Below the pieces are notes generated by a model. That model made no database searches. It was not told where the DNA came from and saw nothing but the letters and a program-made list of their open reading frames with translations. From assembly GCA_965203295.1 (NCBI GenBank), contig CBDBCZ010000019.1, positions 1,568,001-1,632,000 of the forward strand: a stretch of DNA of 64,000 nt, written 5' to 3'. Made by a program: the position numbers and the translations under genes. Position 1 is the stretch's first letter. Each line of letters starts with the position of its first letter. Source of the stretch: Nitrospirales bacterium (GTDB lineage: Bacteria; Nitrospirota; Nitrospiria; Nitrospirales; UBA8639). Below are positions 22,139 through 34,721 of this stretch, piece after piece.

Positions 22139-23560
22139 ATGAATTCTGACAAATTTCATGAAGAATGTGCTGTCTTCGGAGTGTACGGCCATCGGGAAGC
22201 GTCTAATTTAACGTATCTCGGTCTCTATGCCCTCCAACACCGTGGGCAAGAAGGGTCGGGTATTGTGTCCTCTGATGACCATCAGCTTTATCAAGAAAAA
22301 GGCATGGGGTTGGTGGCTGACATTTATTCAAAGAAGGAGCTCAAGCGTCTCCAGGGGAATAAAGCAATTGGACACAACCGTTACTCGACTGCCGGTGAAA
22401 CGCATTTAAAGAATATTCAGCCGTTGACGGTCAACTTTGCTTTCGGAAATTTGGCTCTAGCCCATAATGGGAACCTCACAAATGCGGGCGTCTTGCGAAG
22501 TGAGTTGGAAGCCTACGGTTCGATATTTCAGTCGGATTCTGATAGTGAGGTGATTATTCATCTGATTGCGCATTCGAAAGCCGATACGTTGTTGAATCGG
22601 GTGATCGATGCGCTGAATCTGGTCCGTGGAGCCTTTTCTTTAGTGATCCTAACCGATCAGGGACTGATGGCCATGCGGGATCCGTATGGATTCCGTCCTC
22701 TTTGCCTGGGACGCATAAAGGATGCCTGGGTCGTGGCTTCTGAAACATGTGCCTTTGATTTGATTGGAGCCGAATTTGTACGAGAGATTGAACGAGGCGA
22801 ACTGATCGTGATCAACGATGCTGGGTTAACGTCGCATCATCCCTTTCTGGCTCAGCCTTCAGCCGAATGCATATTTGAATATATTTACTTCGCCAGACCT
22901 GATTCTAAAATATTCGGTTCACATGCTGTATACCCAATTCGAAAGGCTCTTGGACGGCAATTAGCAAAAGAGGCGATGGTGCAAGCTGATATCGTCATCC
23001 CGGTTCCAGACTCAGGAGTTCCAGCCGCTTTAGGGTATGCAGAAAGCTCGGGAATTCCATTTGAAATCGGTCTGACACGAAACCATTACGTAGGCCGAAC
23101 GTTCATCGAACCGAAACAATCCATTCGACATTTTGGCGTGAAACTCAAATTAAACGCTGTGTCAGATGTGCTGAATGGCAAGCGAGTGGTGGTAGTTGAC
23201 GACTCGATCGTTCGAGGAACGACAAGTCGAAAAATTGTGAAGATGATCCGTCAGGCTGGAGCTAAAGAAGTGCATATGCGAATAAGTTCACCGCCTATTA
23301 TTGCTCCCTGCTTTTACGGAATTGATACTCCAACCCAAAAAGAATTAATTAGTTCGGGCCATACGATTGAAGAAACACGAAAGTATATCACGGCTGATAG
23401 TCTAGCCTATGTGAGTTTAGAAGGAATGTTGAATGCCGCCCCTGGTCGTCCAGACCATTACTGTAATGCGTGTTTCACGGAGCACTATCCCGTCACTTTT
23501 ACAAAGGCCGAACAACTCCAGCTTGGCCTTTTCGACCGCGATCGAAAACTTCCCCAGTGA
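22139..23560 (+). CDS. purF: Amidophosphoribosyltransferase
   Basis: [27 protein letters not shown]. Confidence 0.98.
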   Translation: MNSDKFHEECAVFGVYGHREASNLTYLGLYALQHRGQEGSGIVSSDDHQLYQEKGMGLVADIYSKKELKRLQGNKAIGHNRYSTAGETHLKNIQPLTVNFAFGNLALAHNGNLTNAGVLRSELEAYGSIFQSDSDSEVIIHLIAHSKADTLLNRVIDALNLVRGAFSLVILTDQGLMAMRDPYGFRPLCLGRIKDAWVVASETCAFDLIGAEFVREIERGELIVINDAGLTSHHPFLAQPSAECIFEYIYFARPDSKIFGSHAVYPIRKALGRQLAKEAMVQADIVIPVPDSGVPAALGYAESSGIPFEIGLTRNHYVGRTFIEPKQSIRHFGVKLKLNAVSDVLNGKRVVVVDDSIVRGTTSRKIVKMIRQAGAKEVHMRISSPPIIAPCFYGIDTPTQKELISSGHTIEETRKYITADSLAYVSLEGMLNAAPGRPDHYCNACFTEHYPVTFTKAEQLQLGLFDRDRKLPQ

Positions 23561-23662
23561 CCCTAAACACGGGTCGTATTGCCGGTCAAATTTTTCGTGT
23601 GTTAAAATTCCCCATAAGGTCACGTCGATTACTCTGCACACGGATTCATAAAGGAGGACGCT

Positions 23663-24217
23663 ATGAAACGCCTCAGCATCATATTCATATCTCTTTGGAT
23701 TGTGGTTGTCATTACCGGTATCGGATGGGCGAAGGGCTTCTTCAAAATTGGACAAGAGGCTCCTTCTTTTACCCTCACCTCGCTATCAGGTGAGATGGTT
23801 TCACTCGCCGACTTACGAGGGAAAGTCATCGTTTTGGGATTATTTCATATCTGCGAGCCTTGCCTTATTCAAGGAACAAATCTTCAAAAAGTGTATGAGG
23901 CCACTCGTGGGCAAAATGTGGCCGTGGTTGGCGTCAATTCTTCTGGAGATTCTCAAGCCGATATTGCCGAATTTCTACAAGCGTTCCCGGTTCGGGTAAC
24001 GTATCCGTATTTAGTCGATCCTGAAAAAGTGACGGATAAACTATATGGTGGTGGAAAATTTATTCCGAACGTGTATGTGATCGATCAAAGTGGAATCATT
24101 CGCTGGCAACGTGTAGGGAATTTCTTTTCTGATGGAAAGCTTGCCGGTCATGAAATTCTTCTCGACGAGGTTCAAAAATTATTAAACAACGCAATGCCTC
24201 CGTCTTCCTCTCTCTAA
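23663..24217 (+). CDS. Exported TlpA/redoxin-family thiol-disulfide protein
   Basis: Signal peptide, GQEAPSFTL, CEPC, PNVYVIDQSGIIR. Confidence 0.85.
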   Translation: MKRLSIIFISLWIVVVITGIGWAKGFFKIGQEAPSFTLTSLSGEMVSLADLRGKVIVLGLFHICEPCLIQGTNLQKVYEATRGQNVAVVGVNSSGDSQADIAEFLQAFPVRVTYPYLVDPEKVTDKLYGGGKFIPNVYVIDQSGIIRWQRVGNFFSDGKLAGHEILLDEVQKLLNNAMPPSSSL

Positions 24218-24262
24218 ACGTTTCCGGATAGGGGGGTAGGGAAGGCGAGAACAGGGAAACCT

Positions 24263-24502
24263 ATGGATGAATTAGAAGAGGGAAAGCAAAAATTTCTTGA
24301 TATCGTTCGACAAATTGATCCAGGCGTAGAGGTTGTCATTCCCGCCACGCCTTCAAATAACGTGTTTTTGATTTCGTTGACGAAGGGACCAAATAGAAAA
24401 TTTATCACCGTGGCCGAAGATGATATCCTCGACCTCCCACAGGAAGAAGATATCCTTCAAAAGACCACATTGCTTCTCAAAGGGGCCATTGCTGAATTAT
24501 GA
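24263..24502 (+). CDS. Small hypothetical protein
   Basis: 79-aa ORF coupled by an ATGA overlap to the next gene. Confidence 0.75.
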   Translation: MDELEEGKQKFLDIVRQIDPGVEVVIPATPSNNVFLISLTKGPNRKFITVAEDDILDLPQEEDILQKTTLLLKGAIAEL

Positions 24503-25092
24503 ATAATCTGCTTCCAAACGTTTGGGAATGGTCCTGGTTTTCCGAGGACAAACAACTAAATTTCAATGGGCATGTCCTTCGAGTTGGGGAACATACGGTG
24601 ATCGTCGATCCTCCACTGATGACTTCGCCTGACATCGCGCAAATTCGACAGTTAGGAGAGGTCGATTATATCGTGATCACTAATCGGGACCACGAACGAG
24701 AGACTCAGGCCTACCAGAACACGTTCGGGTGCAGAGTATTCGTCCCTGAAAAAGACGCACTTGAAATGAAGATTACCGCAAACAAGCCGTATGCTGATGG
24801 TGAATTGCTGCCCGGTGGGATCTGGGCCATCCACTTAGCTGATCAAAAATCACTAGGTGAATGTGCGTTGTACATTCAGCAAGGAAAAGGCATTATGATC
24901 GTGGGTGATGCCTTGATTGGAAAGCCCGCCGGTTCCCTCACTCTCTTGCCAGCTGAAAAATATGTCGATGTGAATAGGGCTCGCGAAGGTCTGAAGCGAC
25001 TTCTTAAGTACAATTTTGACACGATATTAGTCGGAGATGGTACATCGATCATGACAGGAGCCAAACAAGTCGTGGAACAAACCCTCCAGTAA
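24499..25092 (+). CDS. Metallo-beta-lactamase-fold protein (atypical metal motif)
   Basis: VIVDPP, ITNRDH, VGDALIG, LVGDG. Confidence 0.8.
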   Translation: MNNLLPNVWEWSWFSEDKQLNFNGHVLRVGEHTVIVDPPLMTSPDIAQIRQLGEVDYIVITNRDHERETQAYQNTFGCRVFVPEKDALEMKITANKPYADGELLPGGIWAIHLADQKSLGECALYIQQGKGIMIVGDALIGKPAGSLTLLPAEKYVDVNRAREGLKRLLKYNFDTILVGDGTSIMTGAKQVVEQTLQ

Positions 25093-25138
25093 ACTTTCCT
25101 GCCCATCGCCTTCACCCCATCTTCAATTTCAAGTCTTC

Positions 25139-25921
25139 ATGAATGAATCTCACTCAGCACAATTAAACCGTCAGGGGAATGAACTCTTTTCTCGTAGCTT
25201 CTATACCGAGGCGTACCAATGCTATTCAAAAACTTTGGAGGCTGACCGTTTGAGTGGAGACCAACGCGCGCTGACAGCCACACTGGGAAACCTCGGTAAT
25301 ATTTGTGCAGTCAGCGGGCGTCGCGCTAATGCCCAAGTCTATTATCGTGAAGTTTTAGAGTTACAAAAAATTCTTGGTGATGAACGGTGAATCAGCATCA
25401 CGCTCGCCAATTTAGGGAATCTGTGTGTGGATGCTGGGGAATGGGAGCAAGGACGTGCTTATTATCTGGAAGCCTTAGATTTGATAGATCAATCGCTAGA
25501 GGAATGGGGGAAAGCCGTTCTGTTGTCTGATCTGGGCCTCGTGGAAAAAGAAAGTGGCAATCCGGCTCAAGCCTTGCGCTATTACGAACAAGCCATACTC
25601 CTCATGCGACGAGTTGAAAATGTCGCCGGCCAAGCTGATGTGTATCGCATGATGGCGCGATTGCTATTGGGTGAAAAACAATATGAAGAAGCGTTAGCTT
25701 GTGGGCAAACCAGTCTGGCGATTGCGGACAGGTTGAACGATGAGCTTCGTATGGGCGGCGCCTGGTATGTCATGGCTGGTTGTTATGAGGCCCAAGGCAA
25801 TTTAGAAAAAACGGGTGCACTTTTAGAAAAGGTTATCCAGATTGACCGAAAATTTCAGTTGCCAAAACTTGAGGAAAATACCAGACGCCTGCATCGCATT
25901 CATCAACAATTAGATCGATAG
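25139..25921 (+). pseudogene. Tetratricopeptide-repeat protein interrupted by in-frame TGA at 25388-25390
   Basis: ...KILGDER*ISITLANLGNLCVDAGEW... continues in the same frame, keeping the TPR register. Confidence 0.85.
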
Positions 25922-26042
25922 CATTCTTTCTCTCCTCTGAGAAATTTCAAAAAGTTTCGGATTCCATTCTGTGATTCCAATATCACCTCATTGAAAACGT
26001 GAATAAATCGGAAAGCATCCTCTAATCGAAAGGGCTCTTTTC

Positions 26043-27053
26043 ATGGGTTCGTCTGTTGTCATTCAAAATTTAGAAGAGTTTCGCGACGCGGCATATGCCT
26101 TTCGCCTTCCAAGAATTCTCTTAACGGCTCTGGATTTGGACTTATTTACCGTGATGGGGAGCAAAACGTGGACAGTATCTCGGCTTGCGAAGACCATGAA
26201 GGCTAGTGAGCGGGGTCTCGACATTATCTGTCGCAATCTTGCAAGTGTTGGTCTCCTCATGAAACAGGGATCACATTACAGATCTCGAAAGCTGGGCCAG
26301 ACAATGTTGAATGGCCGAAACGCCAAATTCCGGTGGCCGTATTTGGATCTTGTTCGTCGTCAATGGGGAAATTGGTCACTCCTGACGCAGTCGGTGAAAA
26401 CTGGAAAGCCTGTTGAGGATCAAGGGCCTGATGATCCCGAGTATCGGCGCTCATTTACCTAGGCCATGCATTATCGTTCATTAGATGCCGCCAAACAGGT
26501 TTCCGCTCAACTGAACATGAAAAAGGCGCAGTCTCTACTCGATGTCGGGGGTGGACCCGGAACTTGGGCATTGGAATTTTTGGTAAAAAACCCTGGCCTG
26601 AGAGCAGCCGTGTAGGATAGACCCGCGGCTTTGGATGTGGCCAGGGAAATCGCAAGGCCACTCAAACATGGGAAAAGGCTTGAATGCAAAGCTGGCGATT
26701 TTTTAAGGGACCGTCTTTCAGGAACATACGACATCATGTGGCTTTCCAATGTCCTTCACATTTATTCGCCGGAGGAAAATAAGAAATTGTTCCACAAACT
26801 ACGGTCGTCCTTAAACCCCCATGGTCGAATTCTTATTCAGGATACCTTTTTAATGGACAACAACGGGCTCTACCCTTTGGAGACGAACCTTTTTGCGGTC
26901 ACGATGTTGCTATTTACAGAAACCGGAAATACCTATAAAGCAAAAGATGTCCATCAATGGTTAAAATCCTGTGGTTACCGAAAAACCAAAAATATCCGTA
27001 TGAAGAAAGGCACGGGAGATTGGGACGGTGTAATCATTGAAGCAACCCCCTAA
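26043..27053 (+). pseudogene. O-methyltransferase (dimerisation + Methyltransf_2 domains) with two in-frame TAG codons (26460-26462, 26613-26615)
   Basis: One frame reads ...YRRSFT*AMHYRS...LLDVGGGPGTW...RAAV*DRPAAL...AGDF...SNVLH. Confidence 0.88.
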
Positions 27054-27115
27054 AATTCTCTCGTCATTTTTCTTAACGTCTCAGGCAACAAAATGCCAAA
27101 CATAAGCCAAATTCG

Positions 27116-27145
27116 TTGACACTCGAAATCACGCAAGCCTAGAAT
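27116..27145 (+). promoter_or_regulatory. sigma70-type promoter of the EF-G paralogue
   Basis: TTGACA-N18-TAGAAT, followed by SD aaggagg. Confidence 0.65.
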
Positions 27146-27169
27146 GCGAAAACTTTAAAGGAGGGATCT

Positions 27170-29266
27170 ATGGAGAAGGGAATTCCGAATGACATCCGGA
27201 ATGTTGTTCTGACGTCTTACCCAGGATCTGGGAAAACCTCGCTTTCAGAAGCATTGCTGTTTTCGGCTTCGGCTATTCCTGCGATGGGATCAATCGGAAT
27301 GGATAATACCGTGGCTGATTTTGAGCCGGAGGAAACTCAACATCATCATTCTATGAGTTCCGCTATTCTTCACTACGAATGGCAGGGAACCACTTTCAAC
27401 TTGCTTGATACCCCTGGTTCTACGGATTTTCTCACTGACACCAAATTCGCCTTACATGCAGGTGACGGAGTATTGCTTGTCATTAGTGCATCAGGAGTAC
27501 GTTCAGAGATTGAACGAGTATGGGAGTATATTCAGGAACGAGAACTCCCAGCTATCATTTTTATCAATGGACTTGATAAAGAACATACAGACTTTGAGGG
27601 TGTCCTCGAAGAAATCCGTAAAACACTTGAGGTCTCATGCGTTCCCATTTCGATTCCTCTAGGAAGTCAAAATGATCTCTCCGGGGTCATTGACTTGCTT
27701 GAAGGTGCGGCTATTTCCCCAGTGCCGAATAGCCCAAAGGTGAAGAAAGGTGATATTCCTGAAGACATGAAAGCCAAAGTAGATGAATTCCGAAGACAAA
27801 TGGTGGAAAGCGTCGCCGAGGCCAGTGACGAACTTGTCGAAAAATATTTAGCCGATGGTGACTTGACAAAAGATGAAATTGTGATGGGGATGAAAATAGG
27901 GACCCTCAAGCGGTCTTTCGTCCCTGTGGTCTGCGGTTCCGCGCTTCGAAATATCGGCACGTCATTATTGCATGAAGCGCTGACCCAATATTTCCCTTCT
28001 CCCGAAGAACGGGCTGCTGTTTTTCCAGTAGAGGGAAAGGAACCCAATAGCGGAGAGAAAATCTCCCGTGAAGCTTCGCCCACCGAACCATTCTCAGCTT
28101 TTGTTTTTAAAACCACCATCGATCCCTTTATGGGACGTCTCACGTATGTGCGGGTACATTCTGGTACGTTAAATGCGGATTCGAACTTTTATAATGCGAC
28201 GAGAAACGCCAAGGAAAAGTGTGGCCATTTTTACAATGTGTTAGGAAAGAAATATACGCAAGTTGACAGTATTTCTGCTGGTTCTATCGCAGCGATCGGA
28301 AAGCTCAAAGACACACAAACCGGAGATACGATTTGTATTGATCGTCAACCGATCTGTTACGACGGAGTGTCCCTGACGCGACCGGTGGTCTCCTTTGCTC
28401 TTGAACTCAAATCCAAGGGAGATATTGATAAAGTCAGTCTTGGATTACATAAACTCGTGGAAGAAGACCCATCACTGGAGTTCATTCGCAATGATGAAAC
28501 CAAGGAAATGTTGTTGAGTGGGGTAGGGCAAAGCCATATCGAAATTACATTGGAAAAGCTACGAAGAAAGTATGGAGTTGAGGTGAAACTGCAAACCCCC
28601 AAAGTAGCCTACCGCGAAACCATTCAAAAAATGGCACAAGCCCAGGGAAAATACAAGAAACAAACCGGTGGGCATGGACAATTTGGTGATTGCTGGCTTC
28701 AACTTGATCCACTTCCACGGGGCGAAGGTTTTCAATTTGTGAATAAAATTGTGGGAGGGGTTATTCCGAGAAATTTTATCCCAGCTGTAGAAAAAGGTGT
28801 GGTTGAAGCCATGCAGCAAGGGGTGATTGCTGGTTTTCCTGTGGTCGATTTTCGAGTGACCGTCTACGATGGTTCTCATCATCCGGTGGACTCTTCGGAA
28901 CTCGCTTTCAAAGTGGCCGCTTCTATGGGCTTTAAAAAAGCCATGGAGTCCGCACAAGCTGTTCTCCTCGAGCCAATCATGAAGGTTGAAGTCACAGCTC
29001 CAGATGAAATGGTGGGAGCCGTGATCGGGGATCTGAACAGCCGGCGGGGGAAAATTTTAGGTATGGATGTAAAAGGACACAACCAAATCGTTAGAGCGAC
29101 GGTCCCATTGGCTGAAATATTAAAGTATGCGCCGACGCTCAATTCCATTACCGCTGGCAAGGGAACCTATGTGATGGAATTTTCTGGTTATGAGCAGGTG
29201 CCTCGCGAGTCGACAGTCAAGATTATTGAGGAACATAAAGCCACAAAAGAAGTAGTCTCCTCATAA
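27170..29266 (+). CDS. fusA: Elongation factor G paralogue (EF-G2-like)
   Basis: GSGKTSL, DTPG, KKQTGGHGQ, DSSELAF; not in the str operon; divergent switch I and G4. Confidence 0.92.
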   Translation: MEKGIPNDIRNVVLTSYPGSGKTSLSEALLFSASAIPAMGSIGMDNTVADFEPEETQHHHSMSSAILHYEWQGTTFNLLDTPGSTDFLTDTKFALHAGDGVLLVISASGVRSEIERVWEYIQERELPAIIFINGLDKEHTDFEGVLEEIRKTLEVSCVPISIPLGSQNDLSGVIDLLEGAAISPVPNSPKVKKGDIPEDMKAKVDEFRRQMVESVAEASDELVEKYLADGDLTKDEIVMGMKIGTLKRSFVPVVCGSALRNIGTSLLHEALTQYFPSPEERAAVFPVEGKEPNSGEKISREASPTEPFSAFVFKTTIDPFMGRLTYVRVHSGTLNADSNFYNATRNAKEKCGHFYNVLGKKYTQVDSISAGSIAAIGKLKDTQTGDTICIDRQPICYDGVSLTRPVVSFALELKSKGDIDKVSLGLHKLVEEDPSLEFIRNDETKEMLLSGVGQSHIEITLEKLRRKYGVEVKLQTPKVAYRETIQKMAQAQGKYKKQTGGHGQFGDCWLQLDPLPRGEGFQFVNKIVGGVIPRNFIPAVEKGVVEAMQQGVIAGFPVVDFRVTVYDGSHHPVDSSELAFKVAASMGFKKAMESAQAVLLEPIMKVEVTAPDEMVGAVIGDLNSRRGKILGMDVKGHNQIVRATVPLAEILKYAPTLNSITAGKGTYVMEFSGYEQVPRESTVKIIEEHKATKEVVSS

Positions 29267-29341
29267 TCATGGCCTTTATGGTTGGTCTCTTTTTTATGGA
29301 ATCAGAAGGGTAAGGGGAGAGAGGTAAATGAGAGGCGTGGC

Positions 29342-30721
29342 TTATTCATGAGGTCTTAACACCACATAGAAAGCCCGATTTTCCCGAAGAACACGTAGTA
29401 AAATTGTCTCTCCAGGATTCACTTCATTCATTTCCTTGTCGTAATCGCGAAGGGTCGTAATCTCGTTGCGATTGATCTCTTTAATCAAGTCACCTTTTCG
29501 AAGCCCTTCTGTATGGGCGATACTGCCTTGTTGAACGTTCTTCACTAATACCCCTTTCACCTCTTCAAGGTTAAACGTTTTCTCCAGGTCATTGGTCAAG
29601 GGTTGAACCTCAATTCCTAGCCTGACATCTTCCTTGGGAATGGACAATGAGGCGACTTCGGAATTCTCCTTTTTAACCCACAGGGAGACAGGAAGATTGG
29701 TCAGCGTTCCGTCTCGAACCAATTCAATATTGGCAATTTCTCCTGGCTCTATCCCTGCAACCAGTCTGGACAATTGATTCGGGGTGTCCACGGGATGTCC
29801 ACCGACTTTCGTAATGATGTCTCCTGGGAGAATTCCCGCCTGATCGGCCGGCTCATCATTAAAGACTTCATTCACCAAGACCCCTGTGCCGTCCTTTACC
29901 TGGAATTTTGAAGCCAGTTCTGGAGTGAGGGGTTGAATTCCCACTCCCAACCAACCTCGAACAACCTTTCCGCCTTTCCGAAGTTGATTGATGACTTTGT
30001 TCGCCATATTGGAAGGAATCGAAAAACCGATGCCCTGAGCAAAATTGATAATGGCCGTATTGATTCCGATCACTTCTCCGCGCAAATTAAATAATGGTCC
30101 TCCTGAGTTACCCGGGTTTATCGAAGCATCAGTTTGGATAAAATTTTCATACCGAGAAAGATTCATATTTTCTCGTCCAATACCGCTCACAACTCCTAAA
30201 GTCACCGTGCGGTCCAAACCGAACGGATTTCCCACGGCAAGAACCCATTGCCCAACCTTGACACTTGAGGAATCACCGAATTGGGCTGTCGGGAGTTCCC
30301 GATCCGTGTCCACCTTCAAAAGAGCCAAATCCGTATCCGGGTCACGTCCAATGACTTGAGCAATGAGGGTCGTCTTATCGGATAACCGGATCTCAGCCTT
30401 AGGTGCTTCACCCATGACGTGGTTATTCGTCACGATATATCCGTTGGCTCCTATGATGACCCCTGAACCCGAACCCGGGGTGTTTGGCCCACGACCACGA
30501 GGGAGTATCTGTCGTGATCCTGAATCCCGAATAGGGGATATGTTGACGACCGTGGGTTTCACTTGCTCGACAAGCGTCGTAATAGCAGATTGGATTTCCT
30601 CTAAGAATTGAATACCTCTGGATTGTTCAAGGGATTGAAGAACAGTGGCCAAACCCAATGGCACATTGCCAAAGGACGCAAAGATGACGAGTGAGCCCAA
30701 GAGAGTCTTAGACCAGGTCAT
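29342..30721 (-). CDS. HtrA/DegP-family serine protease with two PDZ domains
   Basis: TNNHV, DLALLK, GNSGGPL. Confidence 0.95.
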   Translation of the reverse strand: MTWSKTLLGSLVIFASFGNVPLGLATVLQSLEQSRGIQFLEEIQSAITTLVEQVKPTVVNISPIRDSGSRQILPRGRGPNTPGSGSGVIIGANGYIVTNNHVMGEAPKAEIRLSDKTTLIAQVIGRDPDTDLALLKVDTDRELPTAQFGDSSSVKVGQWVLAVGNPFGLDRTVTLGVVSGIGRENMNLSRYENFIQTDASINPGNSGGPLFNLRGEVIGINTAIINFAQGIGFSIPSNMANKVINQLRKGGKVVRGWLGVGIQPLTPELASKFQVKDGTGVLVNEVFNDEPADQAGILPGDIITKVGGHPVDTPNQLSRLVAGIEPGEIANIELVRDGTLTNLPVSLWVKKENSEVASLSIPKEDVRLGIEVQPLTNDLEKTFNLEEVKGVLVKNVQQGSIAHTEGLRKGDLIKEINRNEITTLRDYDKEMNEVNPGETILLRVLRENRAFYVVLRPHE

Positions 30722-30822
30722 TTTTTAATGAAAGATCATTGAGTATAAAGAGAAAAATTGCTTTGAAGGACCAAATATAGGAATTTTAGACGAATAGATT
30801 ATGTCTGATAAGTAATATTATG

Positions 30823-31422
30823 TTAACTTTTATCTAGGCACATTCTTCCCTCATTTCCTTTAATGAGTCTCTCGATATTCTCCTTATGACGCAGCAGAAT
30901 AAGCAACGTCATACTGCACGCCATAATCGTAAACTCGCCGTTTTCCTGTAAAAAGTAGGATAAAAAAGGCAGACATGCAAATGAAACGATGGCTCCACCT
31001 GAGGAGTACTTGAAAATTCCCACTATAATGAGCCAGGTACCCATTAAAATTCCGCCGATGAGTGGTTCTAAACCCAACACGCCACCCAACCCTGTCGCGA
31101 CCCCCTTACCTCCACGGAAACGTAGAAAAGGCGACACAATATGTCCTAATACGACCCCGAACACTAGAACGAATCCCCATCCCTGTCCCCCCCATAAGCT
31201 TTTGGCTAAAAAACCGATTGCCCAGCCCTTCCCGAAATCACCAATTAAAGTCATTATACCAGCCTTTTTACCCGATAATCTCAGAACGTTGGTAAAGCCA
31301 ACATTACCGCTACCTGCTTTACGAGGGTCCGGTGTTTGAAATATTTTTGAAGTAAGAAGTCCGAAGGGAATCGACCCAACGAGAAAGGAGAACACAAACA
31401 AAAAGGGGCCAAGAAAATCCAT
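30823..31422 (-). CDS. plsY: Glycerol-3-phosphate acyltransferase PlsY
   Basis: GSIPFG, GSGNVGFTN, FRGGKGVAT, HKENIERL. Confidence 0.96.
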   Translation of the reverse strand: MDFLGPFLFVFSFLVGSIPFGLLTSKIFQTPDPRKAGSGNVGFTNVLRLSGKKAGIMTLIGDFGKGWAIGFLAKSLWGGQGWGFVLVFGVVLGHIVSPFLRFRGGKGVATGLGGVLGLEPLIGGILMGTWLIIVGIFKYSSGGAIVSFACLPFLSYFLQENGEFTIMACSMTLLILLRHKENIERLIKGNEGRMCLDKS

Positions 31423-31446
31423 AGAGCACCCTACAAAATGCCATCA

Positions 31447-32016
31447 TTATGGCAATTGATTCTGGATTTCCCCTTTATCGATTAATTGACGGATGATGTC
31501 GTGGAGATATTGAACACCAGAAACGACAGAAAACAAGAGCGCCACATAGAGAATTCCTGTACCCCACAAGAAGAAATCCACCGATGGCATAGAAAATGTT
31601 CCCTCAAGAATTAAGAGAATAATTCCTGTTATCTGAAGGACTACTTTAAATTTTCCAAGGTCTCCTGCACTCACAATAACTCCCCTAAATGCAGCAATAG
31701 CACGGAATCCGGTTACAATAATCTCTCTTGCAATCATGGCAATTGCAACCCAGGCTTCAACTCGGTCCATCTGAACCAGAAGAATCAAACCTGATAAAAC
31801 CAGCAGTTTATCCGCAATGGGATCTAAGAGCCGCCCCATATTGGTAACTTGCGCTCTCCTCCGAGCAAGATAGCCATCTAACAAGTCAGTTAGAGCCGCA
31901 ATACCAAAAACACACGCTGCGGCTAGAGATCGCATCACAGTTGGAGTGGAAAGCAACCACACAAACACTGGGACCAAAATAATTCGCGAAAAAGTCAGGA
32001 TATTAGGCAAATTCAT
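31447..32016 (-). CDS. pgsA: CDP-diacylglycerol--glycerol-3-phosphate 3-phosphatidyltransferase
   Basis: NLPNILT, DLLDGYLAR, LLDPIADK. Confidence 0.95.
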   Translation of the reverse strand: MNLPNILTFSRIILVPVFVWLLSTPTVMRSLAAACVFGIAALTDLLDGYLARRRAQVTNMGRLLDPIADKLLVLSGLILLVQMDRVEAWVAIAMIAREIIVTGFRAIAAFRGVIVSAGDLGKFKVVLQITGIILLILEGTFSMPSVDFFLWGTGILYVALLFSVVSGVQYLHDIIRQLIDKGEIQNQLP

Positions 32017-32104
32017 GACGTTCGCGGCAGTTGCACTCCTACATGTTGGGATTTTTTTAATTTCAATGCTTCGGAAACAGACATATGCTTGAGCCTATTT
32101 TTAT

Positions 32105-32947
32105 CTATTTAAAATGGTTTTCTTCGCCTTTCCCCGTCAAATGACAAATGTTGATAAGTTGCTTGAGTAAAGGCTCAAGGCGTGCAAGAGGGACCATGTT
32201 GGGTCCGTCTGAAAGGGCCTCATCAGGGTTGGGGTGCACTTCCATAAAAAAACCATCACATCCCGCAGCAGCAGCAGCTCGTGCAAGAGGGGCGACAAAT
32301 TCACGCTGTCCTGAAGATTTATCTCCTCCCCCACCTGGGAGCTGCACACTATGTGTCGCGTCAAACACGACAGGATATCCCAAACCTCGGAGAATCGGCA
32401 GGGAACGCATATCCACGACCAAGTTGTTATAGCCGAATGACGAACCCCTTTCTGTTAACACAATCTGCACCGCTCCGTGATCTATTAACTTCTGTATCAC
32501 GTGTTTCATTTCCCATGGTGAAAGGAATTGCCCTTTTTTGACATTGACGGTTCGACCAGTTTGGGCCGCAGCGCCTAGCAAATCTGTCTGGCGACATAGA
32601 AAAGCCGGAATTTGGAGAACGTCTGCAACTTGCCCGGCCTGAGTCGCCTCTTCAACGCTATGAACGTCGGTCAAAATCGGAACCTGGACTTTCTCTTTTA
32701 CCTTCCTGAGGATTTCCAGTCCCTTTTTAATCCCTGGGCCTCGGAAAGAGTTGATCGATGTCCTGTTAGCCTTATCATAGGAAGATTTAAAAATGAAGGG
32801 CATTCCCACTTGTTCGGCAATTTCTGATATACGCGACGCAGTATCCAAAACCAAATCTTCATATTCGATCACACAGGGTCCTGCGATAAGAACGTGAGGG
32901 TGGGAACCTCCGATTGTATAAGGCCCTATGGTGATTTCTTGTGTCAT
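32105..32947 (-). CDS. kdsA: KDO-8-phosphate synthase
   Basis: [26 protein letters not shown]; start taken at MTQEIT (32947). Confidence 0.97.
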   Translation of the reverse strand: MTQEITIGPYTIGGSHPHVLIAGPCVIEYEDLVLDTASRISEIAEQVGMPFIFKSSYDKANRTSINSFRGPGIKKGLEILRKVKEKVQVPILTDVHSVEEATQAGQVADVLQIPAFLCRQTDLLGAAAQTGRTVNVKKGQFLSPWEMKHVIQKLIDHGAVQIVLTERGSSFGYNNLVVDMRSLPILRGLGYPVVFDATHSVQLPGGGGDKSSGQREFVAPLARAAAAAGCDGFFMEVHPNPDEALSDGPNMVPLARLEPLLKQLINICHLTGKGEENHFK

Positions 32948-32975
32948 CGACAGTGCTGCGTCAACAGAAAGGGAG

Positions 32976-34613
<1,638 letters not shown>

Positions 34614-34721
34614 TCATTCTTGGAAATGAATCACAGAAGACTAGCCCTATTCTCGCACCGTCTTTAGGTGGAATGAACGAAAACTGTCGGGTTTCGGTGT
34701 TACCCGGAGCATATCAGATAA

